Source of the DNA: an uncultured bacterium
GTDB taxonomy: Bacteria > Eisenbacteria > RBG-16-71-46 > CAZHEV01
DNA: 64,000 nt
Direction of reading: 5' to 3'
Assembly (NCBI GenBank): GCA_964531335.1
Contig: CAZHEV010000012.1
Location: 34,866-98,865 of the forward strand
Shown: piece by piece, positions 1 through 9,477 of the stretch
Position numbering within the stretch: position 1 is the first letter of the stretch
Layout of the letters: every line of letters starts with the position of its first letter
Position numbers and translations under genes: made by a program
Notes under the pieces: model-generated
What the model saw: the letters and a program-made list of their open reading frames with translations, nothing else
Told to the model about the DNA's origin: nothing
Database searches by the model: none

Positions 1-1
1 C

Positions 2-277
2 ACCCTGGGGACGCGGGTCCTCTTTTTCAAAAGCGTCAAGGACTCCCAGTCGGGCATGTGGGTGTTCAAGAGGCACGCGCTGAAGCACCTGCGCCTTGAG
101 AGCGACGGGATGGCCTTCTCCGAGGAGATAAAGATAGAGGCTATACGGAGCAGGCACGTGAAGTTCGCCGAGCACCATATCAAATACGGCGACCGGATAG
201 GCACCATAAAGCTACAGAAGTGGCGCGACGGATTCAGCAATCTCCTTTATCTGCTCAAGCTCAGGTTTCGGTTCTGA
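2..277 (+). CDS. glycosyltransferase family 2-like protein, C-terminal fragment (5' end outside the window)
   Basis: Frame 2 is open from the window edge to the stop at 275-277; the ORF track lists only the Met-initiated part 56-277. The translation ...KSVKDSQSGMWVFKRHALKHL...EIKIEA... resembles the C-terminal part of polyprenol-phosphate sugar transferase-type GT2 enzymes. Family assignment is by motif recall only. Confidence 0.5.
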   Translation, partial: TLGTRVLFFKSVKDSQSGMWVFKRHALKHLRLESDGMAFSEEIKIEAIRSRHVKFAEHHIKYGDRIGTIKLQKWRDGFSNLLYLLKLRFRF

Positions 278-428
278 ACGGCCCACCCACAGGAGGTTCT
301 CACCGCGGTAGAGCGCTGAAGGCTTGGGCGTCTTTGCGAATTCAGCGTGATCCCGGCCCCACCGCGTCATGCAAAGCAAGACACATTCACATCCATAGCT
401 CAGATTCCCACCGCCGGCTGGTTTCCCC

Positions 429-457
429 TTGAGCCGCGGGGCGTTCCGCGTTATAAT
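429..457 (+). promoter_or_regulatory. sigma70-like promoter candidate (TTGAGC-17 nt-TATAAT)
   Basis: TTGAGC sits at 429-434, followed by a 17-nt spacer and TATAAT at 452-457, about 90 nt upstream of the oxidoreductase start. Pattern match only. Confidence 0.4.
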
Positions 458-543
458 GCCAGAGACTCGATTCGATGGACTCGCAAGCTCGGCCCTGGAG
501 GGTGGAGCTTGACGATTTCCTGCCCCTTTCGCTTTCTCTATGG

Positions 544-1581
544 ATGGAGGTTATGGCAGCAGAATCATCCGGGACCAAGGTGCTGAACGCCGGTGTGATA
601 GGCATCGGCAAGATGGGAATAGTCCACGCCGCCACCGTAAGGACCGACCCCAGGGTGAACGTGGCCGCTTTCTGCGACAGCTCGAAGTTCACCGTGCAGT
701 CGGCGAAGTCCTTTATCCGTGACGCCAACTTCTACACCGACTACCGCGAGATGCTGGACAAGGAGGCGCTCGACGTCGTCTACATCGCGACCCCGACAAG
801 CTCCCACTCGGAGCTGGCCGCTCATTGCGCGGCCGCCGGGAAGCACATCTTCGTGGAGAAGCCCCTGGGCACCGACCTCAAGGAGGCAGAGGGCGTCTGG
901 AAGGCCGTCCAGAAAAGCGGCGTGGTGAGCCAGGTGGGATACGTGTGCAGGTACTCGCCCACCTTCGAGAAGGCCAAGGAGCTGCTGGACGCGGGCGTCA
1001 TAGGCACCATCAAGAACTTCGGCTCGGTCAAGTACTCGAGCGACGTGCTGCGCAAGGTGGAGAAGAGCTGGCGGTTCATGCGCAAGGCTTCGGGCGGGGG
1101 CGGGGGAGTGGTGAACGAGTTCGCCTGCCACGGCGTCGATCTGCTCGTGTGGATCTTCGGGGAGCCGAAGGGCGTGAGCGCGAAGACCGAGAGCTGGTAC
1201 TCCGCCGAGGTCGAGGACTACGTGCACGCCACCTTCGACTACGGCGATTTCTCCGGGTGGATAGACTCGAGCTGGTCCATGCAGGATTTCAGAAAGCCTT
1301 ACAACAAGATCGACGTGACCGGCGACAACGGCAAGCTCATAGTGACCGACTCTGAGATCAGATGGCTCGTGCTGAAGTCGCACGCGGGGCACGAAGCGGG
1401 GTGGTACTCGATGAACATCACGGACCTCTACGTGCCCGTCAGGATCTTCGTCGGCGACATAATGTTTTCGAGGCAGGCGGAGTCCTTCCTCGGCGCGATA
1501 GACGGCGGGCCTCCGCCCAGGAGCAGCGTGCCCGAGGCGCTGCGCACCCAGCGCGTGCTGGAGGCCATCAGAAGGGCATAA
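544..1581 (+). CDS. Gfo/Idh/MocA family NAD(P)-dependent oxidoreductase
   Basis: ORF 475-1581. It has an N-terminal Rossmann motif VIGIGKMGIVHA and the FVEKPLG (EKP) motif typical of this family. The start is ambiguous (ATG at 544 or 553); the 475 extension looks non-coding. Confidence 0.85.
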   Translation: MEVMAAESSGTKVLNAGVIGIGKMGIVHAATVRTDPRVNVAAFCDSSKFTVQSAKSFIRDANFYTDYREMLDKEALDVVYIATPTSSHSELAAHCAAAGKHIFVEKPLGTDLKEAEGVWKAVQKSGVVSQVGYVCRYSPTFEKAKELLDAGVIGTIKNFGSVKYSSDVLRKVEKSWRFMRKASGGGGGVVNEFACHGVDLLVWIFGEPKGVSAKTESWYSAEVEDYVHATFDYGDFSGWIDSSWSMQDFRKPYNKIDVTGDNGKLIVTDSEIRWLVLKSHAGHEAGWYSMNITDLYVPVRIFVGDIMFSRQAESFLGAIDGGPPPRSSVPEALRTQRVLEAIRRA

Positions 1582-1710
1582 GGAATAGTGTGGAGTTGGT
1601 CGCGCGTGGAGCCTCAGTCGGGGAACCGCGCCCGGCGCGGAGGGCCACGCCCCCGAGAATCGAGGCGCCCGGGCTTTTCTCAAGGCCGCGCGCTTTCAGG
1701 AGTGATCATC

Positions 1711-2595
1711 ATGGCAGAGGCCAACGGCAAGCTGGACAAGATAATACTCGGCGACAACCAGTTCTTCGCGGTGAATCACAAGTCGCAGGAGGTCGCCTTC
1801 GCCCAGGCGGAGCGCTTCGGCAAGGATGAGGCCATTCTGGCCGTGATGCGCGCAGCCTACGACCGGGCGGTGCGGGGGATGATGCTGCACGCGCACCCGC
1901 GCGCGGAGGGCATCTGCGACGTAATGCGCGCCGAGAAGGACGCGTGGGAGGGCTTCGCCCTATACCCGTGCATCCCCTACGCCTTCAAGTACGTGATGGC
2001 CCTGAACGAGAAAGGCTTCTACCCGGTCCTCGTCGATCAGATAAAGAAGGCGGGCGTGGGCACGAGCCTGTCGATGTTCCTGAGCGGGGGCATGGGGCTT
2101 GCCACCGGCGATTACATGAAGCTCATAAAAGTGCTCGTCGATCTGGAGATGCAGATATACCGCGACATACCCATGCGCGTCGTATTCCTGCACAACGTCG
2201 TTGTGGACCTGCTACTGGCGCTGAAGGTCGAGGGAATACTGAAGTTCTACGCCGATCACATACGAGAGAAGCACGGGGTGCGGCCCGGCTTCGGCAGCCT
2301 GAACCTGCCCCTTTTGGTCGAGCGCCTCGAGGCCGAGGGAGTAAAGGACGCCGCCATAATGACCTCGGTGAACAAGACGGGCTTTTTCATGAACCCGTCG
2401 AAGGAGGCCTGCGAGAAAGTACTCAAGGACCGGAGCCTGGACGTGGTCGCGATGTCCATTCTGGCCTCGGGGGCGATCCCGGCAAGAGAGGCCTTTCCCT
2501 ACGCGGCCTCTTTTCCCGCGGTGAAGAGCTTTCTCTTCGGGGCGTCGAGGGAGGAGACGCTCGACAAGAGCCTGGCTATAATCAAGAGTCTGTGA
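1711..2595 (+). CDS. hypothetical protein (conserved-looking, function unknown)
   Basis: ORF 1588-2595. ATG 1711 is preceded by AGGAG at 1698-1702 with an 8-nt spacer, and codon usage matches the neighbours. I recognise no family motif. Confidence 0.7.
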   Translation: MAEANGKLDKIILGDNQFFAVNHKSQEVAFAQAERFGKDEAILAVMRAAYDRAVRGMMLHAHPRAEGICDVMRAEKDAWEGFALYPCIPYAFKYVMALNEKGFYPVLVDQIKKAGVGTSLSMFLSGGMGLATGDYMKLIKVLVDLEMQIYRDIPMRVVFLHNVVVDLLLALKVEGILKFYADHIREKHGVRPGFGSLNLPLLVERLEAEGVKDAAIMTSVNKTGFFMNPSKEACEKVLKDRSLDVVAMSILASGAIPAREAFPYAASFPAVKSFLFGASREETLDKSLAIIKSL

Positions 2596-5500
2596 AGCCG
2601 CGGCGCGCGCGATATCTCTTTCCCGCTATCTTGTGTCCCTGCGCCTTTATGTCCTCGAGCACCACGTAGGCCACCGGGACTATGACCAGCGTGATAAAGG
2701 TCGCGAACACGACCCCGAAGCCCAGCGACACGGCCATGGGGATCAGGAACTTGGCCTGAACGCTTCGCTCGAGCAGCAGCGGGGTCAGCCCCGCGAAGGT
2801 GGTGAGCGAGGTCAGGATTATCGGCCTGAACCTCATCATGCCGGCCTCGGAGACGGCTTCCTCCACCGTCGAGCCATCGGCGCGCTTTTCGTTCACGCGA
2901 TGGACCAGCACTATGCTGTCGTTGACCACGATCCCGGTGAGCGCGACCACGCCGAACATGGAGAGTATGGTCATATCCATCCCCATTATCACGTGACCCC
3001 AGACCGCCCCCACGAAGCCGAACGGAATAACGCACATGACTATCAGAGGCTGGAGGTAGGACCTGAAAGCGACGGCCATAAGGGCGTATATGACTATCAG
3101 GGCCAGCATGAAGCCCCTTTCGAGACCGGCCAACGTCTCCCTCTGCTCGCGCTGCTCGCCCTCGAAAGAGTATGATATGCTTGGATAGTCCGACAGTATC
3201 TCGGGCAGGGGCCCGGCTTCGAGCGCCGCGAGCACCTCGCCGGGGTTCGCCTCGGCGGGGTTCACGTCGGCGGTGACGTTTATGGCTCGGCGTCTGTCGA
3301 CTCTTCTTATGGAGGAGTAGCCTCTTCCTCGCTCTACCTCGGCCACCGCCGAGAATGGCACCTCGCCTCCGCCGGGGCGCCTCACGCGCATGTTCTCCAG
3401 GTCGCCTATCGATTTTCTTTCATCTTCGGGGTAGCGCACCATCACGCGCACGTCGTCACGGCCGCGCTGGATGCGCTGGGCTTCCTCCCCGTAGAACGCC
3501 TGCCTTACCTGCCTGGCCAGGTCCGCCAGGTTTATGCCGAACGCCTCCGCGGCGGGCTTGACCGAGAGCTTGAGCTCCTCTTTGCCCGGCTTGAAGGTGT
3601 CCGTGATGTCTATGACCCCCGCGTACCTGCCCAGCTCCTGCTTCAGCCGCTCCGCGGCCTGCTCGAGATGATCCATGTTGGTGCCGGTGAGCTGGACGTT
3701 TATGGGCTCTCCGGGCCTGAAAAGGCTCGAGTTGTAAACGAGCTCGTCCACGTCGGGAATAGGGGGCGTCATCTTCCTCCACCTGCGCACGATCTCGGAG
3801 CTGGAGATGTCGCGCTCTTCGGACCGAGCGAGCTCCAGCGCTATCTCTCCGACGTTGCTCCTCGCCTGCATCGATTGCCGGCCCATAGGTCCGCGCGAGG
3901 ACGCGAAGGGTTGCTCTCCCACAGAGGTGAAGATGTGCTGGACTGGAGAGGGCGTTCCCTTGGGGGCGCTCTTCTCGAGCTCTTCGCGAAGCGCGATGGC
4001 CTGGTCCTCTATTATCTTCATGGCCTCGGACGTAACCTCGATTGGAGTCCCGGGGGGCATGGCGAGCGAGGCGGTGACATAGTCCGACTCCACGCTGTGA
4101 AAGAAGAAGAACTTCACCCATCCCGCGCCGAGCAGCCCGGCCGTTACCATCAATGTGGCCGTCGCCCAGGCCAGTGTCGCGTAGCGAAGCTTGATGCCGA
4201 GATCCAGGGAGGGCTTGTACAAGCTGGTCCTGAACTTCTCGAACCTGTCCGAGAAGCCGCTCTGTATGGCGCCCCACTTTCTCCAGATCCAAGAGGTGTC
4301 GGTCCGCTCGCGTATGTGCGAAAGGTGGGCGGGAAGTATGAGAAGCGATTCGACCAGCGAGAACACCAGGGTCCAGATCACTATAATGGGGATGACCTTC
4401 ATGATCTTCCCCATGACGCCCTCCACGAACAGCAGGGGGGTGAACGCCACTATGGTGGTCATCACGCCGAACACCACGGGGACGGCGACCTGGCTCGCCC
4501 CCTTCGAGGACGCCCGCGGGCCCGATTCGCCCTGTTGATGGAGCTTGTAGATGTTCTCGCCGACGATTATGGCGTCGTCCACCACGATCCCCAGGACCAC
4601 TATGAAGGCGAACAGGGAGATCAGGTTTATCGAAACGTCCATAACCGGCATCAGCCAGAAAGCGCCGAGGAAGGAGATGGGTATCCCGAGGCTGACCCAG
4701 AAGGCAAGGCGCAGCTTCAAGAACAAAGCCAATATCAGAAAGACCAGGATATAGCCGTTTCTGGCGTTTCTGATCATCAGGTCCAGCCGGCTCTGAAGCA
4801 CTCTGGAGGAGTCGTTCCAGGTGGTCAGCTCGACGCCCTCGGGCATGCGGGCCCGGGCCTGGGCCACGTACTCCTTGGCCTTGTCGGATATATCGAGGGC
4901 GTTCTGATCGCCCACCCGGTAGATCCTTATATTGACCGCGGGGCGCCCGGAAAAGCGCGCGGATTGATCGGTCTCGGCGAAGCCGTCCACGACGTTCGCC
5001 ACGTCTCCGAGCAGGATGCGGGTGCCGTCGGGGCGGGTGAGCAGCACGAGGTTTTCGAACTCCGGGCCGCGGTACGCCTGGCCCTTTGTCCTCAGCAGGA
5101 TCTCGCCGCCTTCGGTGTCTATGGAGCCACCGGGAAGATCTATGGAGGAGCGGCGCACCGCCTGCGCCACGAAGTCGAAGGTGAGATTGTGCTCGCGAAG
5201 CGCCTCCTCGGACACCTCTATGGATATCTCGTAAGGGCGGGCGGCCACCAGCTCCACCTGGCTTATGCCCTCGATGGCCGACAGCTCATCGCGCGCCCGC
5301 TGCCCCAGCGCCTTCAGCGTCGTCTCGCTCGCGTCGCCGTAGACGGCCACGTCGATGACGGGCCGGCGGTTGGTCACCTCGGAGATAATAGGTTTTTCGG
5401 TCTCCGCGGGAAAGGTGTCGATCGCATCGACGCGCGCCTTTATGTCGTCCAGCAGCTCGCGGGGATCGGCGCCGGGCTCCACCTCGACCGTAACGGTGCC

Positions 5501-5767
5501 CATGCCCTCGGAGGCCACCGAGCTCAGCTCCTTGATGCTCTCCAGGTCCTGGATCGCCTCCTCTATCCTTACGCAGACGCCCTCTTCCACCTCCTGGGGG
5601 GCCGCCCCGAGGTACTGCACCTGCACGGTTATCATGTCCAGGGAGAACTCGGGGAAGATCTCGCGGGTGATGGTGGGGATGGTCAGAATGCCCGAGGCGA
5701 CTATGAGCGCCATGAGCAGGTTCGCGACCACGGAGTTCTCGGCAAACCATGAAAGAGCGCGGTTCAT
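2582..5767 (-). CDS. RND efflux transporter permease (AcrB/AcrD/AcrF-like)
   Basis: A 1061-aa ORF with the MNRALSWFAENSVVANLLMALIV N-terminus, two large periplasmic loops and about 12 hydrophobic helices (e.g. VVLGIVVDDAIIVGENIY). Its start overlaps the adaptor gene stop by 4 nt. Confidence 0.95.
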   Translation of the reverse strand: MNRALSWFAENSVVANLLMALIVASGILTIPTITREIFPEFSLDMITVQVQYLGAAPQEVEEGVCVRIEEAIQDLESIKELSSVASEGMGTVTVEVEPGADPRELLDDIKARVDAIDTFPAETEKPIISEVTNRRPVIDVAVYGDASETTLKALGQRARDELSAIEGISQVELVAARPYEISIEVSEEALREHNLTFDFVAQAVRRSSIDLPGGSIDTEGGEILLRTKGQAYRGPEFENLVLLTRPDGTRILLGDVANVVDGFAETDQSARFSGRPAVNIRIYRVGDQNALDISDKAKEYVAQARARMPEGVELTTWNDSSRVLQSRLDLMIRNARNGYILVFLILALFLKLRLAFWVSLGIPISFLGAFWLMPVMDVSINLISLFAFIVVLGIVVDDAIIVGENIYKLHQQGESGPRASSKGASQVAVPVVFGVMTTIVAFTPLLFVEGVMGKIMKVIPIIVIWTLVFSLVESLLILPAHLSHIRERTDTSWIWRKWGAIQSGFSDRFEKFRTSLYKPSLDLGIKLRYATLAWATATLMVTAGLLGAGWVKFFFFHSVESDYVTASLAMPPGTPIEVTSEAMKIIEDQAIALREELEKSAPKGTPSPVQHIFTSVGEQPFASSRGPMGRQSMQARSNVGEIALELARSEERDISSSEIVRRWRKMTPPIPDVDELVYNSSLFRPGEPINVQLTGTNMDHLEQAAERLKQELGRYAGVIDITDTFKPGKEELKLSVKPAAEAFGINLADLARQVRQAFYGEEAQRIQRGRDDVRVMVRYPEDERKSIGDLENMRVRRPGGGEVPFSAVAEVERGRGYSSIRRVDRRRAINVTADVNPAEANPGEVLAALEAGPLPEILSDYPSISYSFEGEQREQRETLAGLERGFMLALIVIYALMAVAFRSYLQPLIVMCVIPFGFVGAVWGHVIMGMDMTILSMFGVVALTGIVVNDSIVLVHRVNEKRADGSTVEEAVSEAGMMRFRPIILTSLTTFAGLTPLLLERSVQAKFLIPMAVSLGFGVVFATFITLVIVPVAYVVLEDIKAQGHKIAGKRYRARRGFTDS

Positions 5768-6978
5768 GAGGCCCCCTCCTCAGAACCCGAAGTGCGCACC
5801 TTCATGCCGTCGGTGACGGCCTCGAGCAGGGATACGCAGACCTTCTCGTTCGCCTCGAGGCCGCCGGTGATCACGACCTCCGAGCGGGCGACGCGCAGCA
5901 CGTCGACCTTTCTAAACCTCAGGCGGCTCTCGTCGTCCAGGACGAGCACCTCGTCCTTGCCTCGAAGGGCCGACCTGGGCAGGACCACCGCGCCCTCGAC
6001 CTCGCGGCCGAATATAACCGCGTCCACGAAAAGCCCCGCCGCCAGGGGGGTCGGATCACCCTCTTCCTTTCGGCCGTAGGGGTCCTCCACCTGTGCCACT
6101 ACGTTCACGGTGCGGCTGACAGGGTCAATCTGCCCCTCGACGCGCACTACTTCGCCCCGCCATTGCCTCTTTTTGCCGGCGAATTCCGCCGTCAGCAGAA
6201 CCGGAGGTCCCTGTTTAGAGTGCGAGTTGGCGTCGAAGTCCAGCGGGACGTCCAGATAAGCCACGTCCATGTCGGGTATGGGAATGGGCACCTCCGCGTA
6301 ATCGACCGCGAAGACGTTGGCCACCGGCACGCCCGGGGACAAGTATTGGCCCACGTCCACGAGCTTCGCCTTGACTCTGCCGACGAACGGCGCCTTTATG
6401 CGCGTTCGGGCGAGGTTGCGCCCGGCCCGCTCGAGGGCGGCCTCAGCGGAGGCGAGCGACGCCCGGGCCTCCTGTAACTGAAGCTCCCTCGTGGCCAGCG
6501 GCGGCGCCTCGCCCCGTCCGAGCTTCTCCCACTCGGCGCGCGCCACCTTTGCCTGTGCCTCCTCCATCTCGACTCGGACCTTGGCCTGGGCGACCTGGCC
6601 CCTTGCCGTCACGATGGCCAGCTCGTAGTCCCTGGGGTCGAGCCTCACGAGCACATCGCCCTTCCTGAAGAACCCTCCTGCGGCGAACGAGGGCGCGACC
6701 TCCATTACCTGGCCCGCGACCTCCGAGACCAGAGCCGCCTCGGTTCTCGGCCGCACGGTTCCGTGGCCGGTCACTTCGAGCTGATGGGTCGAAGGCTCGA
6801 CGGCGATCACCCTCACAAGGGGGATGTACTCGCGCGGCGGCCGGGTCTCGACCGGAGCGCGGGACTTTAACATGATCAACGTAACTATCGCGGCCGCGAT
6901 AAGAATCGCGATGGGCAACACGATCTTCAGTCTCTTGTCAATCAACGGAGTCCTCCGGTTCCTCTTGGTCCGTCTCAA
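5764..6978 (-). CDS. RND efflux periplasmic adaptor (membrane fusion protein, HlyD-like)
   Basis: A 404-aa ORF with an N-terminal TM anchor (IVLPIAILIAAAIVTLIML), a coiled-coil hairpin (ARGQVAQAKVRVEMEEAQAKVARAEWE...LQLQEARASLASAEAALERA) and beta-barrel segments. Its position between the OMF and RND genes fits. The 5' end overlaps the OMF gene by about 41 nt, so the true start may be internal. Confidence 0.9.
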   Translation of the reverse strand: MRRTKRNRRTPLIDKRLKIVLPIAILIAAAIVTLIMLKSRAPVETRPPREYIPLVRVIAVEPSTHQLEVTGHGTVRPRTEAALVSEVAGQVMEVAPSFAAGGFFRKGDVLVRLDPRDYELAIVTARGQVAQAKVRVEMEEAQAKVARAEWEKLGRGEAPPLATRELQLQEARASLASAEAALERAGRNLARTRIKAPFVGRVKAKLVDVGQYLSPGVPVANVFAVDYAEVPIPIPDMDVAYLDVPLDFDANSHSKQGPPVLLTAEFAGKKRQWRGEVVRVEGQIDPVSRTVNVVAQVEDPYGRKEEGDPTPLAAGLFVDAVIFGREVEGAVVLPRSALRGKDEVLVLDDESRLRFRKVDVLRVARSEVVITGGLEANEKVCVSLLEAVTDGMKVRTSGSEEGAS

Positions 6979-8419
6979 GCGTCATATTCAGGAAGTCCGT
7001 CCATCCCTCGGCGAGCTCGAAGCCGCCGCCCATGGCGAGATAGAGGTTGACCCGGGCATCGAGCCGCTGCCGTCCGACGGCGATGAGCTCGCTGCGTGAA
7101 TTGAGCGCCCTGCGTTGAGTCTCCAAGACGGTGATGTAATCCACTATCCCTTCGTTGTACTGCCGCTCGGCCAGCTTTCGCGCGGCCTCCGACTGCTCCG
7201 CCGCGGCCGCGGCGCTGCTCCGGCGCTTGGCGAGCGACTGCTCGTCGTACAGCGCGGACTCGACCTCCGCGAAGGCGGCCAGAAGCGACTGCGCGTAGTT
7301 GGCCAGCGCCTGGTCTGCGACCGCGTGCGAGAGCGCCAGGTTGGCCCGAAGGCGCCCTCCCTGGAATATGGGCTGGGTCAGGCCGGCCGCGACGGACCAG
7401 ACGCTGAAGTCCGCGTCGACGATGTTTTCGAGCTCCTCGGTCAGCGTGCCGGCGCTTCCGGTTAGGGTGATCCGGGGGAAGAACGCCCGCCTGGCCTCGG
7501 AGATCCTCTTCTCGGCCGCCGCGTATCTGCGCTCGGCGGCGAAGAGGTCGGGCCGGCGAAGGAGAAGCTCGCTCGGCAGCCCGGAAGGAACCGGTTCCGC
7601 TATATCGGGAAGCTGGGGCGCGGTGTCCAAGGCGCCGGCCGGGTAACGTCCAAGAAGAATCTCCAACTGTCTCTTCACCCTGTCGTGCTGCGACCTGCGC
7701 GCCTCGAGCATCGCCTGTGCCGAATAGAGGTTCGACAGGGCAAGTCGCAGATCGAGCGAGGAGCGCACTCCACGCTCGTAGCGGTCTCTGACCTGGGAGG
7801 CTGAGAGCTCGTAGTTTTCCACCGTCTCTTCTGCCAGCTCGACCTGAAGCCTCGACTCCACGAGCGCGAACCATGCCTTGGCGGTCTGGGCCGCGACGGA
7901 CAGGCGAAGCGCAACGAGATCGGCGGCGCTCGCCTGGAGATCGGCCAGAGCAGCCGACTCGGCCGACCTGACGCGACCCCAGAGATCGACCTCCCAGCTC
8001 GTATCCAGCGACACCCCGTAGGAGGTGGATCTTGTGGTTATCACCCCGCCCGCGCCCGGAATAGGTATCCCTATGATGTTCTGCCGCCTGCGTGATGCGT
8101 TGAACCCCATGGAGACATTGGGCAGCCCCTCCGCGCCGGCAAGTCGCGCCGAGGCCTCCGCCGCGTCCAGCCGGGCGGCGGCCGTCTGGAGGCTGTAGTT
8201 GCCCTCCAAAGCCTCCAGTATGATCTGGTCGATATCGGGGTCATCGAAGCTCCTCCACCAGTCGGCCTCCGGAGGCGAAAGGGAGGTGTCGGCCGGGGAG
8301 CCCGTCCATGACCTCGGTATCTCGACGCCGAGGCCGACCGGCTTTCGCTTTGGAGGAGAGGCGCAGCCCGCCGCTAGAAGCACGGCGGCCGCCGCGAGGG
8401 CGCAGGCGAATCGTCTCAT
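6938..8419 (-). CDS. efflux outer membrane factor lipoprotein (NodT/TolC family)
   Basis: A 493-aa ORF with a lipoprotein signal and lipobox (AVLLAAGC) and the two-repeat coiled-coil/beta architecture typical of OMFs. Its start overlaps the tetR stop by 4 nt. Confidence 0.9.
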   Translation of the reverse strand: MRRFACALAAAAVLLAAGCASPPKRKPVGLGVEIPRSWTGSPADTSLSPPEADWWRSFDDPDIDQIILEALEGNYSLQTAAARLDAAEASARLAGAEGLPNVSMGFNASRRRQNIIGIPIPGAGGVITTRSTSYGVSLDTSWEVDLWGRVRSAESAALADLQASAADLVALRLSVAAQTAKAWFALVESRLQVELAEETVENYELSASQVRDRYERGVRSSLDLRLALSNLYSAQAMLEARRSQHDRVKRQLEILLGRYPAGALDTAPQLPDIAEPVPSGLPSELLLRRPDLFAAERRYAAAEKRISEARRAFFPRITLTGSAGTLTEELENIVDADFSVWSVAAGLTQPIFQGGRLRANLALSHAVADQALANYAQSLLAAFAEVESALYDEQSLAKRRSSAAAAAEQSEAARKLAERQYNEGIVDYITVLETQRRALNSRSELIAVGRQRLDARVNLYLAMGGGFELAEGWTDFLNMTLETDQEEPEDSVD

Positions 8420-9102
8420 GTGGTGCCTCCCGAGGTCTCGGCGGGCACCGTCGCACGCATGCCCGCCGCAACGAAACCGACGAGCCTTCTCAGCGCGAGC
8501 TCGGAATCCTCCGGGTCGCCGAGTATGTCCTTGTTCGCCGGATGTCCGGCGGCGTCTCGCAACCGCGAGTGGAGCCGGGGCACGGCCATGGTGAAGGCCA
8601 TCGCCCCCACCATGAGGTGGATGCGCCAGTTCACGTCGGCGGGGGAGAGGTGCGGCAGCGCCTTCATAAAGGCGGCCGTGAATCTCATGAAGACTTCTCC
8701 GAAGATGTTGACGAAGATCCGGTGGATCGCCGGGTCGGCCTCGGTCACCGCGCGGCTCATAAGCTGCGGGATCAGCGACTCGTCAAGGCCGCGATCGAAA
8801 TGCCTGCGGATCGCGGGACCGACGAAAGCTTCTATGAGCGACTCCGGAGGTATGCTGTCCGAGCCATGGCGTTCTTCGAGCGCGCGCAGAGACTTGAGAC
8901 GCTCCTCGTTTATGGGACCGGCCCGGCGGGCAAATACTGCCTCGATGAGCCCTTCGCGCGAGCCGAAGTGATAGTGAACGGCGGCTGTGTTGACGCCAGC
9001 CTCCTTTATGATGGTCCTGAGCGATGTCGCGGCAAAGCCTTTAGTGGCATATAGTTGCTCCGCCGCCTCCAGTATCTTGGACTTTGTGTCCGCATCCTTC
9101 AT
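8416..9102 (-). CDS. TetR/AcrR family transcriptional regulator
   Basis: ORF 8416-9135. The N-terminal HTH KILEAAEQLYATKGFAATSLRTIIKEAGVNTAAVHYHFGSREGL is classic TetR. ATG 9102 (MKDADTK) is preceded by AGGAGGGA; ATG 9135 is an alternative start. Confidence 0.9.
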   Translation of the reverse strand: MKDADTKSKILEAAEQLYATKGFAATSLRTIIKEAGVNTAAVHYHFGSREGLIEAVFARRAGPINEERLKSLRALEERHGSDSIPPESLIEAFVGPAIRRHFDRGLDESLIPQLMSRAVTEADPAIHRIFVNIFGEVFMRFTAAFMKALPHLSPADVNWRIHLMVGAMAFTMAVPRLHSRLRDAAGHPANKDILGDPEDSELALRRLVGFVAAGMRATVPAETSGGTT

Positions 9103-9123
9103 AACAGTGCTTCCCTCCTGAAA

Positions 9124-9154
9124 CGATTGATTCAATTAAGCGATTGATTGAATT
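9124..9154. promoter_or_regulatory. tandem direct repeat, candidate TetR operator
   Basis: CGATTGATTCAATT (9124-9137) and CGATTGATTGAATT (9141-9154) match at 13 of 14 positions with 17-nt periodicity. They contain the small palindrome ATTGATTCAAT and lie in an AT-rich patch just upstream of (or overlapping) the tetR start, in the tetR/aminotransferase divergent region. Confidence 0.4.
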
Positions 9155-9477
9155 GGATGTCAAGCGATTTTTTTGGGGAAAGCCCGGGCAGGGCAGGGCC
9201 CGTGGGCAAAGAAGATACCCGCCGAGGCGGGGAGCCCGGGGTCGAGGCCTGACGGAGCGCGGGAGCGCGCGGCGCCCGGCCGCCATGGAGGCCGGGTTAC
9301 CGAGCTCCAATCGTCGAAGAGTGCGTCTTTCAGAGCCGGCACGGCAGGGCATGTGTGGAGCCCGGCCCGTCACCGGCTTTCTGCCGTGCTTGACAGCTAT
9401 GCGAGGCACCGATATTGTAGAGGTCTCCTAACGTGCTCAACCACAACCCCGCCGTCACGGTCCCTTTGAGGTAAGTT

